Source: Balamuthia mandrillaris (lineage: Eukaryota). From it: a stretch of 64,000 nucleotides of DNA. The first letter of the stretch is position 1. The number at the start of each line of letters is the position of its first letter. The stretch is from contig JAVKOQ020000053.1 of the NCBI GenBank assembly GCA_031835245.2, forward strand, positions 1-64,000, in the 5' to 3' direction. This document shows positions 24,707 through 37,088 of this stretch, piece after piece. The notes under the pieces were generated by a model, which was given only the letters and a program-made list of their open reading frames with translations, was not told the DNA's origin and ran no database searches. The translations under genes were made by a program, and so were the position numbers.

Positions 24707-26090
24707 CGAGAGAAGAGATACACACGCCAGCATTTCCGGTCATGAAGCCAGACACAGCCGAACTTGTGACGCCATCAAAAGTGCTGCCATTGTAGCAAAG
24801 CACTCCCACCCATCCCCTTCCTGCCTTTCCTTCAACTCCTCTATTTTTTTTAAAGAAGAAACTTAGAAACAAAGGAGAAAGGGCAATAAGAGAAGAGCAT
24901 ACGGATAACAGCCGGAGAGCAAATGCCACAAGCCAATGGACGTATCCGTTTGTTGGACTTGCCAGCGACCAAACTCCAACAATTTGTTGTGAATGGGAGG
25001 GCAAGTGGCAGCATTCCAGGTTGGGTCATAGGAGTTTGTGGTTTGTATGACTAGTCGCTGGATGCGTGGAGTGACGTTGACAGCCTGTTGGTAGGCTGCT
25101 GCCATCAAGTTCCAATTGAAGGCGATAGTGTTGAAGGCTTGCTCCTCTCCACCTGCAAGACTGGTGTACTGAGCATCCGCAGCAACACCCTATTCGTTAA
25201 GAAGAAAAAGTTAGATGATCATTGAATAAACAACTGCATTGAGGCAGAGAGGGTGTTGTTTCTTACCATGTATAACGTAGAAGCTGGCAATAAAGGACAG
25301 TTTCCTCTTTTTTGGGAGGAATGTTGGCGAGTATTGACGGTTCTGCCTCTTCCATCTCCAACGATGCCATCGGGATTCCCACATCTGATTGATGGCTCAT
25401 CACGCGAGAGCATAAAATCGGTCTCTTCCTCGCCTTCGCCATGTTCCGTAATGGCAGATGGAAAGTCCTTTGTTGACTCCTTGTATACGATCATCTTGTC
25501 TTCGCCTCTCTTGTTCACTGAGCTTGGATGCAGGTAAGTAGGTTCCACGACGTATCCTTCATTGGTGGCCTCATTCCAGATGCGCATGTGCCAAACGCCG
25601 TTAGGCTCATCCACCAACACCGCATGAACCGAAGCTTGCTCTTCATCATCTATACGTCCCTCTCCAACAAACGCTACTTGCCGCGGCGAACGACTGTCCA
25701 ACAGCACGCCATCCTGATGGATCTCCACAAGGGCGTTTTTGGCGAACACCATATGGTTCGGTCGAAGCGATGCTACAAAGTTTCGGCGAAGAGCAGAAAA
25801 CGAAACGTGGAATGTGTTATGACTTGATGATACGGGTTGAGGGTCACGGCGTATCTCGTTGGAAGGAGAATAGCGAGAGCTCTGGATAGATGTTAGCGTC
25901 TCGTATTCTCGTGGCATCCGCTTTGCTACATCGAAACAGTTAAGTGTGTGTGAGAGCGAGAGAGAGAGAGAAGGCATGAAACAAAAAAGCGAGAAAACGG
26001 GCGTACCTCCAACGGAAAAACTAAAGGAGATGTTCGGAAGCGTAACCAACAACAAAAACGTGATCCCAAGGAGCTGTTTCATCTCAGTCA
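24196..26090 (-). CDS. Secreted metzincin metalloprotease (M12B/reprolysin-like) with prodomain
   Basis: Signal peptide, prodomain with YVVEP and RCGN Cys-switch, HEVGHNFGAEH, Met-turn IMGP, Ser-rich tail. Confidence 0.85.
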
Positions 26091-26636
26091 TGGCCCGGCA
26101 CGCAGCGCTTCCTTTTTGTTTGAAAAAAAAAAAAAGAGTAGCACGCAGTGCACCGCTTGTGGATCGGAAGCTAGGAGGGGGAGAGAGCAAAAGAAAAAGT
26201 AGCGAGGAAAGAGCTGTTTTGTTTGTATGGAGCAAGAAAAAAAAAAACGATGACAAAAAAGACAAGTCACAAGTAATGTCTGGTTGAAACAAACAAACGG
26301 GGGAGGAAGACATGTCTGATTGATGGTTGTCGCCAAAACGAACAAGTCAAACAGGTCAACCACCCATCCACCCATCCCTCCCCCACCCATCCAACAGCGG
26401 ATGACGAATGCCAACAATAAATAACAACAACAATAAATAACAACGGCTACATTATTTTTTTTTCCTGTTTTGTTTGGTGGCCCTTTCCCTCTCCTCTCCA
26501 CGACTCTATGACAGGTTGTGGGAGGGAGGGGCCAAAGGAAAAAAATGGCCGATGGGTAGACATGAGAGAAGGCGAGAGAGAGCATGTGAGAAGGGAGGGA
26601 GAGAAGGGAGAAGCAGAGACGAGAGGAGACAGGAAG

Positions 26637-26681
<45 letters not shown>

Positions 26682-26764
26682 GGATGAGAGAGGAAGAGGG
26701 GGGGAGACAGAGGGAAGAAAATGAAAAGAGGAGAAGAGAGATGTACGTTGGTTGCATGCGGCAA

Positions 26765-27797
26765 CTACTGCTTCAAGAACCGTTGAAGAACTTTAGCCAC
26801 CAGCGCGTTGCTAGCCTCCTTTTCCAGCGATACCAAAGCAGCCGTATCCTCTGCGTCCGTCAAGCGACCTCCTTTCAAAGAAGGGTATATCTTCTCTGTT
26901 TATGTTTGCATGTTTCAACATATATCTTAACTCTTCATAAACGGCGAACAAAAAGCAAATCGTGGTACCGAGCATGACTGAAGGCGTGAACTCAGGATGT
27001 CCTTGAATAGCGATAATGTGGTCGGCAACGCCATATATCTCGTTGAGGTTAGTCGCGGTGGAGGCCAATAACTCAGCCTCTGCCGGAAGCGCCGCAACAG
27101 CATCGCCATGGCTTTCCAACAGGGTTAACTGCTTCGGCAACTCCTCCAATGACAAGTCCTTCAACGCCGCTTTGACGTAGGCCTTTTCCACAAAGCTGTT
27201 TGCAGTACGTGTTACTCGTGAGCACAAACGAATTTCTCTTCTCTTCTAATGCCGGGGATATCCCTCTCATTCTCTCCCTCCCTCTGCTCCGCTCATATTT
27301 GAAGAACCAACCAAGCTGTAGGAATAGCCTCCTCCGTGCCAAAAATGAAGCGGCCATGGCTGTTGGGGGTGCACAGTCCACCAAGCGAGTGAGCAACGAG
27401 CTGAGCTCCAAAACAAATGGCGACCATGCGTGGCGTTCGTTCTGGCTCGCGTTTTACCAGCTCCCAATAACTTAAGTTTTGTTTTCAGTTTGTACGTTAA
27501 GCACAGTAAGCAATCACGCCTGTGGTGTAAAAGTTAAAAATACCCTTTCAACCACTGTTTTAAGTCGTTGATCCACGGCTCATCGTCATAGGCGGACCAC
27601 CGGCTGCCAGACACAATGAGGCCTTTGAAGGAAGAGAGCTCCTCCAGGGGAGGCAGCTGCCGGTTGATCGCTTGGTGCACGACAAACGCGGTGGTGGGCT
27701 CCTCTTCCCGAATGAGGTCCACCAGCAAGCTCTCAAAACCCTCCCACTTGGGCGCGTCTTCACACCACAATATGGCAAACTTGTCCCCCTTCTCCAT
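26765..27797 (-). CDS. Stand-alone class I glutamine amidotransferase-like protein
   Basis: VSGSRWSAYDDEPWI, CFGAQLVAHSLGG, SHGDAV, IQGHPEF (Cys-His-Glu triad). Confidence 0.92.
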
Positions 27798-28061
27798 TTG
27801 CTTTTTCTTCCCTTTTTTTCTCTCTTTGTTGCATTTTTCTCTTTCTTCCTATTTGCCTAATATGCAGACCTTATAATGACATATTCGGCCCATAACAGCC
27901 AACGGCATTTGACCCGATAGCAATTCATCAAGGCAATAAAAGATACCAGGCAGCGGCGGCGTCAATACCTCGCAAATTTTATCGTTGCGCAAATTGTTGG
28001 CGTATTTTTTTTTTTTGCTTTTGTGTGCGATCGAAGAACAGAAAAAACAAACGTAACCGAC

Positions 28062-28213
28062 ATGAGGCAGTTTCTGGTGGCCTGTTGCTTGCTGGTGTGC
28101 GTCGGCTTTGCCGCGGCTTGGAGCTGCCCTGACTGGGAGTCCGAGGAAGCCTTGCAAGAGGCCCGCATCAATGTGGCTGTGCTGTACCTCAAGTGGGGCG
28201 TGTGGTTGTTAGA
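28062..28213 (+). CDS. Signal-peptide-encoding 5' fragment of the secreted protein that continues at 21294 on the minus strand
   Basis: [51 protein letters not shown], then abrupt change to antisense WD40 sequence. Confidence 0.75.
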
Positions 28214-30770
28214 CGTTTATATTTTTTACACACTGGAACGTTTTTGTGTCCCATATCTTTTTTTTTTTGATTTACATCATTAAGACTAGAGGTAAATAAA
28301 AAACAAAGAAGCAGAAAGAAAGCGAACCTTGATAAGATTGTAGCAGCCACTGTAGAGGTAGTCGCCATCGACACACATGGCACGGACCCAATGGTTATGG
28401 CCTTTCAATGTTTGGATGCAGGTAAAGGAGGCGACGTCCCATACTTTAATCTCGGTGTAGCTACCGCTGAACAAAAAGTTGTCCTTTACCAACAATTTGC
28501 ATATGGTATTGCCATGCCCTGTTATTGTTTGTACACATTTCATCGTTTTTGTGTTCCACACCTTAACGTTTGCTGTTAGGAAAGAAAGAGACAGAGACGG
28601 AGACAGAGAGACAGAGATAGACAGAGAAACAATAGAAATGGTTGAACCTTGATTGTTTTGTCAGAGGACCCACTAATGAGTCTCTTGCCTACCACGATAA
28701 CTGCATGAACTATGCCGTTGTGGCCTGTTAACGTATGCCTCACTTTGAATGTCGCTCTGTCCCACACCTGTTATTTAGGAACAAAAAAAAAGAATTTCAA
28801 CAAAACAATCACGAAGAAGAAGAAGAAGAAGAAGAACAAAATAATTACGCGAATGGTTTGATCAGAGGACCCGCTAATGAGTAAAGTGGGCGTGACAGCC
28901 AAAGACCAAACAGGGCCTTCATGTCCCATGAATGTGCCTTTGCACTTGAAGATGTGAGTGTTCACCTCCTCTATAGATATTTAACAAAAAGGAAGAAGTG
29001 TAAGAATGAGAGGACGCCACACGAAGAAGCAAGGTACAGACCATCTGGGGGAATGCCACTTGCAACTGATTTTGTCTTTTTGGTTCCACTGGTTTTTAGA
29101 AACGGCAATGTATCGATTGGAGCTACGCAATTTTCTGTTTGTTCTTTTGTTGTGAGTCGAGTGAAAAGAATAAACAAAGCATCAAAGCAACAAACCCGGT
29201 TTTAATTGTAGCATGTGAGTGAGATCATCCACTTTGGTAGTCAAACGTTTGACAGCCTCTCTGAGTTCATAGTTTTCTTTCTTTTGTAACTGGAGATGAG
29301 TCATTAGGACTCTGGCCTGTTCTTCCTGTTTCTGAATGAAGCCCTTTATCTTTTCATAAGGACATTGCTGCAGATGAACGTGAACTTCATCCTTCCGTGC
29401 AATGTAATCACAACCTGCTTTCTGTATGGATAGAAGAGAGAGAGAGAGAGTGTGTGTGTGTGTGTGTGTGTGTTGTGTGTTAGTGAATGAGTGAAGGTGT
29501 AAGTAACAGAAATACAAAGGCAACAGAGGATGATGAACAATAAACAAACCTTGTGAGGGCAAGGTATACGATCGCACCGTTTAACGTGTTGATCAATGTT
29601 CATTCGAAGAAAGAAATTCTCGCAAAACGGACACTGCACGGGAGCGTGCAAACAAGTCCGTTCGTGCTCTCGCTTTTGTCCCAACTTTACCTTCTCTTTA
29701 CATCCTCCCTCATCACTGACTAACTTCAAACTTGTTGTTTGCTCCGCCGCCGATTTATTTTCTTCGTCAACATTATTGCTGGAAGAAGGAGCGCTCGTCG
29801 TTGCATGAACTTGTTTACAGCCATATTTACAATGCACGAGAAGATCGCTTATTTGTCCCATGATAGCCAAGTTTGGGATCAAGTAATGCAGGTCAAGTTC
29901 CTCGCCGCACTCTGGACACATCACCTCCATCACCGCTGTATTTGCTGCTTCGTCGTTGTCTTCCACACCGCCGCCAATGCCTGATTTCACCCCTTCCATG
30001 GCCTTTGCTGGATATGGCGTGTTTGTCGTTATGGCTGCTGTAGGGGAGGAGGAAGATGGGCTTGTTGCTCCTGCTTTTGTGGGCATTGCTTTGCTGATGA
30101 GCCGAGAAGAAGACGGAGCAGAAGGAGAGGACGGGGCAGGAACAATCGGAATTTTGCCTTTACGAAAAGCAGAGGAGGAGGAGGCTAATGGAGGTGAGGC
30201 CTTGTTGCCGTTGTTACTTTCATGCTTTGCCGCAGCCTCTTGAAGAAGGCATCGTTTGCAAAAGGTGTGTCCGCAGGAGGTGATGACAGGGTAGACGAAC
30301 AAGCCCTTGTGCAAAGGGCAGAACAAGCTGTCCGAAGGTTGATGTACGAACAACGTCTCTTCCTCCTTCCAACTTATTCTTTCTCCTCCTTCGTCATCCT
30401 CGTCTTCCCCCTCAACCTCAGCTTGTTCATCTTCGAATTCTTCGGCAATGTCTTCGTCCAATATCACAGCGTTTTTGCTTTGCTGTTGTTTGCGATGACT
30501 GCTTGTTCGTGGAAGCTGAGCACGCTGGTGTCGACGAGAGGCGGTCAGGGAACCTCCCGCCGCTACAGAGGAGGCCACATCGCCCTTCCAACGCGCAACA
30601 GGAGACAGCTTCCCGGCAGAGCTGCTCTTTTTGGTTTTCTTTTTCTTCTTGACGGAAGCCGTGGCGGCGGAGGAACTCAAAGCCAACGGAGAGCCCTGCA
30701 CCTGTGGCGGCAGCGGAGATGATGATGCTGATGACGGCGGCGTTCCAGCAGCACTCTCCGTCCTGTCCAT
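28214..30770 (-). CDS. TRAF7: TRAF7-like E3 ligase: RING + TRAF-type Zn finger + coiled coil + first four WD40 repeats; broken at 28214
   Basis: CPLH...CGHTFCKRC...[39 protein letters not shown]; last exon [14 protein letters not shown] stops at the breakpoint. Confidence 0.88.
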
Positions 30771-30994
30771 TGCTTACCACTTTTTTACAGCACAACAAAA
30801 AATCAGAATTATTTTTTCCTCTGTCGCTCTTCTTTCCTTTTATTGTACGTGCTATTTTTAGATATTCCTAATTTGAACAATTTGTGGACAAAATCTCCGA
30901 ATTATTATCGATAATTAATCTCTTTTTATCAAATTATTGTTTAAACAGGAGCGCCCTGCCAGGGAGCACGGGGGATGAGTGGTGAGGCCACACC

Positions 30995-31112
30995 ACCTTC
31001 TTCTTCTTGTTCTTCTTCTTCTTCTTGTTCTTCTTCTTCTTCTTCTTGTTCTTGTTCTTATTCTTCTTCTTCTTCTTCTTCTTCTTCTTCTTCTTCTTCT
31101 TCTTCTTCTTCT
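30995..31112. repeat. (CTT/GTT)n trinucleotide microsatellite, intergenic
   Basis: Direct reading. Confidence 0.95.
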
Positions 31113-31209
31113 GTTCGCAACAACGACAGCAACAGGCAACTCGAAGGATATTAAGATCACGACATTCATAAATACTTGTATACATCGCCTCGTATCCCTT
31201 CCTAATAGC

Positions 31210-32861
31210 TCACTTCAACGTCTCAAAGTACCACCGCCGATGCCAATAGCGCCTATAAAGCAGCAGGCCGATGCCAACCGCCACTCCCACAAACAACGTC
31301 GATGCTATCGCTATGAATGCTATCATCCCAGCGTTAGATGCCTTTTCATCACTTTCATGAGCGCCATCCGTTCCATCTCCGTCGTGCGGTCCAGGAAAGC
31401 ATCGGGACTGGTCGCTGAAGCAGAGGTCAGAGGTCGAAAGGGTTGCGGGATTGCAGGTGGAGGTGTCGCCACACCATTCGCATTCTGGGTAGTCCGTGCA
31501 TGAGACACATGTTTTGTAGACGTGGCACATCACCGGTGCTGCTCAGATGATTTAAAAAGAATCAAACATCAATAAAGGTAATAAATATCGATAGCGATAT
31601 AATATCTAACAAGAGAGAAGAGAAGGAGATATCATACCAGGACAAGCGGCAGTGAACCAGTTAAAGGGACAGAGAGGATTCTTGGTGGGAATGTCGGCTG
31701 GTAGGTCCAAACATGCTTTCTTGTCATCGCACCAGCCGCACTTGCTGTTGGAATCTTGAAGACAGCTGTGGCAAGTCAGAAAGTCTAAACACTTTGCTAT
31801 AATGTTTGTATCACCAAAAAGTTAGATAGGTGTGGCAGAACAAGACCACGAAAAACAAGAAGAGATGAAGCAGAATACGAACGGGTTGCACAATCCTCCG
31901 TAGCGAACTGCCATTCTCCACAAGTAACTGCATAAGGAGTAGATGCATTACCGGCGGCACAGGTGACGGCATTGCACCAGCCACAGCGATCATCACTCGA
32001 GCAAGTCTCGCATGAGCTGAACTCCACACAAGGATCTTGTTCGTGGCAAAGGGGAAAACAAAATGAGTTACAATGACCTCAGAGGAAACAAAAATAACAC
32101 AGGCAAGGAGGTTACCTTTGCAGGAAGTCGTTCGAAAGTCCAAGCAAGAGTTCTCTTTTCCATCAGTGCTCACTGGCTGACATTGCGCAGCGGTCTCGCA
32201 CCAGCCGCACTGCACCTCTCCCTTGTCGTTGTTGGAAGCAAGACAAGTGCTACAGTTGAGAAAAGTGCTGCAGTTCTTTGCCGGAGGAGGAGGAGGAGGG
32301 GGTGCGCATTGATCTGTTTGGTAGAACCATTGACTCAAGTCTGCCCATCAAAGAAGCAGATAGCAAGAACGACAAGCAAGCGAGGAACCAAAAAGAAAAG
32401 TCAGAGATAAGAAGAACAACAACGGAGAGGGAGAATGATGAGGGGAGGCAGACACAAAAATGGAGAGGAGAGGAAAAAACGGTAGCGCACCAGGGCATTG
32501 GGCTTGGTCGGCAGGGCTGGCAGCGGAGCCTTTGAGGCAGGCGCTGGAGGTGTTGCACCACCCACAATGAAATTGGTTCGTGCAAGTGTCACAACTATGT
32601 AAAGTGGCACAGTCAACCACTTGTCGAGCTGTACAAAAAAAATTCAATAGCATGAGAGAAGATTAAATCACTGCGAAGATTTGAGATCTTTGACCGTTTC
32701 AAACAAAAAGATGGTAACAAGAAAACTTGAAAAAAAAAATTAGTGGATATACCTCCAACAAACGCACTAGGTAGAGGAGAGCAAGTCACCACGGAGACCA
32801 ACCAAAACAACAGGGCGAGGCAGCCAAGCCGCCATCTCCTCCTCGTGGTCGCCCCAACCAT
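31210..32861 (-). CDS. Type I membrane protein with multiple PSI (plexin-like) Cys repeats
   Basis: Signal peptide; about five C..C..C...CGWC...C repeats; TM IAFIAIASTLFVGVAVGIGLLLY; short tail ending YFETLK. Confidence 0.85.
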
Positions 32862-33014
32862 TCAGGCCTTCAGTTCCTCTTTTCTTCCGTTTCCTGGCGG
32901 CATGCCAACCATTCCAACCATTTCTTAAATACTTGGCAATTTTTACATTGTTTTCATTCCGTTGCTCAACTCATGACGACCTGGGTTATGTTACTTCAAA
33001 CAAAAAAAACCACG

Positions 33015-33960
33015 ATGAGAGGAAGGAACGGCCTGATTACCTTCTCTTCTTCTGTCTCTCAGGGTCGGGCGGTGTTCGCTCGCAAAGGAGCGTTCCAACG
33101 AGCAGGAAGTGGGAGTTGTTTTTCATCATGTTCTTCTTCTTCGCAACTTGCTCCATTCAACAAATTCGCTGGAAGGAGAAGCCTATTCCATTGGGCATCG
33201 AACATCGTTTCCTCCATTGCTGGAGATCAACCCGACACTCACGTCTACAATGAACGAAAGATTTTCCCGTAAGTAGTTGCAAGCAGCAGGTGCAATCCAC
33301 GCTTTGTTTTTTCCTTCCAATCTACAGACCCCGTCCTCCTCCCTTTGAGAGAGACAAAAAGTTCATTTTTTTCTAATCATCAAAACTCCACAAAAAACAA
33401 AAGGTTTACCAGAGAGGAAGTGTTCGACGTGGTTGCTGATGTGGACAACTATCACAAGTTCGTGCCGTGGTGCACCCACTCTGCTGTCCTGCAAAGGAAT
33501 GGCCCCAACCGAATGGAGGCAGAGCTGGGCATCGGTTTCAAGTTTCTCAACCAGCGCTACACCTCAAGCATTGCCATGCAAAGACCATCCGCCATCAAGG
33601 TCCATCGCTCTCTTTCTATCTTCGTTCCTTCTTCTCCTTCTCCTCCTCCAAAGTGTTAAACGTCGTGAGATACAGGTGGAAGTGCCAGAGAGCACGCTGT
33701 TTCACTTCTTGGTCAACAATTGGGAGTTCAACGAGGTGGAGGGCAACAAAGCAGCCTGCGAGGTGCGCTTCCACGTCTCCTTCTCCTTCCGCCTCAGGCT
33801 GCACCAGGCAATGGCTGACAAGTACATGGACGAGGTCGCTCTGCGAATGGTCTCCGTCTTTCAGCGTCGCTGCGCTGACCTTTATCGTTTACGAACGAGT
33901 AAGCAACATCAACCACAACAAAAACAAGAACAACAGTCCCCACATCAGCCTCTTTCCTAG
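33015..33960 (+). CDS. COQ10: Coenzyme Q-binding protein (START/polyketide-cyclase fold), mitochondrial
   Basis: VFDVVADVDNYHKFVPWC, AELGIGF...YTS, LFHFLVNNWEF, FQRRCADLY; Arg/Ser-rich presequence. Confidence 0.92.
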
Positions 33961-34163
33961 TAAAGTATGTTGCTCTTATCCTTCTTGTAATGGTTAACAA
34001 TTACAGAAAGAGAAGAGAAGAGAAGAGAAGAGAGAAAGAGAGGAAACCGTCTAGTTGGAGGAAGCAGACCGTATGGACAGAGTCCGGCAGCATTGGGTCC
34101 TACACCCGTGAATGCATCCACCCATTGTGGTGCATTTGTGCAAGATTTGCAAAAGGTGCAAGT

Positions 34164-35715
34164 TTAATGTAGGCGTAACCGGTCGAGGCGAATAGAGCTG
34201 CACCACCGCCTCAACACATTGATATCAGCAGACTTTGGTAAGGCTTGTTCCCGCTCCTTTTGATGTCTCTGAAACCATTCCACTAGCTTATGATACTTTC
34301 TCAACTCCTCTTCTTCTTGTGCTTCTTCCCCTTCTGCAACTCTTTCTGCTCCTGATAGCAAAACATCTCTGCAAAGACAAAGGAAGGAATAGACTCGAAA
34401 GAAGCTTGCCGTCAACGTCTTCGTGGTTATCCGCTTCAGCTGGCCTTGCAACAAACCGATGGATCGAGAGACGGCTTGTTGCGTCAGTAGTTTATCCCTC
34501 GAGCTTTTCAGCGCAATCCATGGTGATGTTTCCAACAGACAGTGATATGCTTGTTCTTGTTTGTCTTTCTGATTAGGGGGGAAGAAGAGCAGTTCGAGGC
34601 TGTTGGGATTGCCTTGCATCAGCATGGAACAAAACTTGCTTAGCTCGTAGAGGGTACAAGAAGCAGGAGAAGAAGAGGGGGTAGAAAAAGCAGAAAAGGT
34701 TAACGTGGCGTCCTCGTTTTGCGGAGCTGAAACCACTCTGTCTATGGGCGCGGAAAGGACTTGCATGGGATCCGCAACGTATACCCCTGTATACACTGTT
34801 TCTTGCTCTTCCCATCGTTTGACGAGGAAGAGCAGGTCGAGGTTATCTGCTTGCAATTCAGGAAATAGCGATTGGAGATGTTCGTTTGCTCTCGTTGCTC
34901 GTTCCTTGTCTTCCTTTGTGGTTGTTGCTGCTGCATTATAGTTGTGATGTACTTCCTCGAGACGATGTTTTAGGAGCCAATCTTTCAGGAAGAGGGCAAC
35001 ATCAGAAGCAGCAAGAGTGCTTTGTTGTTGTTGCTCTCTTTGTTCTTCGCCTTCTTGAGGAAGAATGCCTCTATTCCGAGCGAATTTTCGTATCTCTGTC
35101 AACTCAGCTTCTGCTCGCTGCAACAGCTGTTCATGAGAATATTGTCCCTGTCGTATACTTAGCAAAAACTCTCTCTCTGGACTTCGTTCCTTCAACCAAA
35201 GATTCAACTTTCGCCCTTCCACCAATCTCTTTGCTTGCATTAGCAGTCGAAAGTTGATGTACCATTTCTTGTGAACCAGTTCCATTGTCACCTTTTTTTT
35301 CTTCTGTTGCTTCCTTTTGTCATAGTAAACGTTGTTGTTCTCGCTCGTTTGCTGTGTTGCTAATTCTCTTTCTTCCTCTTCCACTTTTTGAAATAGTTTC
35401 TTGATGGCCGGAATACCCTTTGCTCCTTCCACTTCACTTAGATACTTTTCCAGCACATTTTTGAGAAACCGTAATGCCGAAGATGACAGCAAAGGAGAAG
35501 GTGAAGAAGGCTCAGAAGCATGCGGAAGAAAGAGCTTCATTCGCTGGTCACGAAGTTCTCGCCACTCGGTGCTCTCAAAGACGACCGAGTGACGGCGCGA
35601 TTGGAAGAGCGTTTCCAACATGCGAGTATCTCCGCCTGCCAACAGCTCGCAAAAGTAACCAACTTCATGTACCGTAAAGTCCGGCTCAAATCCAGTCGCT
35701 GTTTATATTGTCAGA

Positions 35716-35753
<38 letters not shown>

Positions 35754-37033
35754 GAGAGAGAGAGAAGTTACTAGAGAGAAGGGGAGGGAGGGAGGGGGAG
35801 GGAGGAGGAGGGGGAGGAGGGAGGGAGGAGGGAGGGAGGGAGAGGGAGGGAGGGAGGGAGGGAGGGAGGAGGGGGGGGAGGGAGGGGGGGGGGAGGGAGG
35901 GGGGGGAGGAGAGGACGCATACCATTTTTCACAGTGGCTTTAGGAGGATCGAAGGTGCAGAGTACGTCCGCAAGAGGAGCGGCAACAATGGCAAGCATGT
36001 CTGCATCGCTGCCCTGGTGGTGGAGGTTGTAGCTTCGGCTGCCCAAGTGGCAGGCAAACAACACTCGCCCCAACTTGGATACCTGTTTATCCACATTGCA
36101 GTTTTGGTCAGCATTACCGGCATATGAGAGAGAGAGAGAGAGAGAGAGATTGCCTCTTCTAAGAAGCCAGTCCAGTTCTGCTCCACATCAGACTCACCAG
36201 ACGCCAAAAAGAAGTGAGAACGAGCAACTTTCTCTTCTTGTCTGCAAAGCAATCAGAGTTTAGGAGGAAGAAAAACAACCGCAACAACAATGGGCACAGA
36301 ATGAGAAGCATACAAACGGGCAAGCTCTTCCATTCTATTGTGCTCTGCAGAGACGGCCTCCTCGATGAGCTTACACAGAGCCTCTCCTACCTCCGCCGAA
36401 AGCTCCTGACAGTTCCGACTCTGGTTCACCAACGCTTCTTCCGCGGCTTCACCCCCTCTCCTGGCAACGGCCAAGGGGTTGATGAGGTGCTGCGTGGCGG
36501 CAAACGGAAGGCCCTGTTGCTTCAGCTGCGGAAAGCTGCACAGCCACTTCACTCCAAACGGCTCGGAGAGCCTCTCCCTGGCATCCACCTTGTTCGCTTC
36601 CCTGCGGAAACGCATTTGTTTGCCACAAGCGCAGAGGAGAAGAGAGAGGAGAAGCACAGCGCGAGAGAGGAGAAGGGGAGACGTACCCAAGGAAAGTCTC
36701 TTGAGTGTCGGCTGCTGCAGAGGTCATCACCGCAAAGCCTTTCCATGACTTAGTCTTGTTGACAGAAAGCACAAGCAGGACCCGCTCGCTACTCTTTTTG
36801 TTGTTGTTGTTTTGAAGATTTGGGATCAAAAAAGAAGTTCACCGACATCATCTAATGATGTAATGTCTCTCTGAAACAAAAAAAACCTGAAAGGCTTCGT
36901 TCAAGAGTTGATGAGGCTGCGGTGGGTTCTTGCGAAGGGGGGTGGCCCATATGCCCTCCTTTCGCGACAAGTGCAAGCTCTCAAACCCGTTGCTCTTCAA
37001 CACAAAGTACCTCGTCCCTTCCTTCTTCTGCAT
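34164..37033 (-). CDS. YTH domain + two RlaP/YcgL-like (Pol-beta superfamily) nucleotidyltransferase modules
   Basis: RYFVLKS...GIWAT...LNEAF...LVLSVNKTKSWKGFAVMTS...FGVKW...HLINP...SRNCQEL (YTH); GSRSYNLHHQGSDAD, FLLSIRQG, YELSKFCSMLMQGNPNSLELLF (NTase). Confidence 0.8.
35718..35912. repeat. Intronic (GA)n plus (GGGA)n pure-purine tract
   Basis: Direct reading; many G3+ runs. Confidence 0.9.
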
Positions 37034-37088
37034 TCTCTTCTTCTTCTAAACTTTTTTATTATTATTTGTGGTGGAAATAGAAAAGGGC

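Noticed and set aside
21839..27797. CCD + protease + GATase as a metabolic cluster or horizontally acquired island
   Set aside because: No shared pathway; intron style and composition match neighbouring genes.
30915..31185. Poly-R/K/L ORFs
   Set aside because: Translations of an intergenic (CTT)n repeat.
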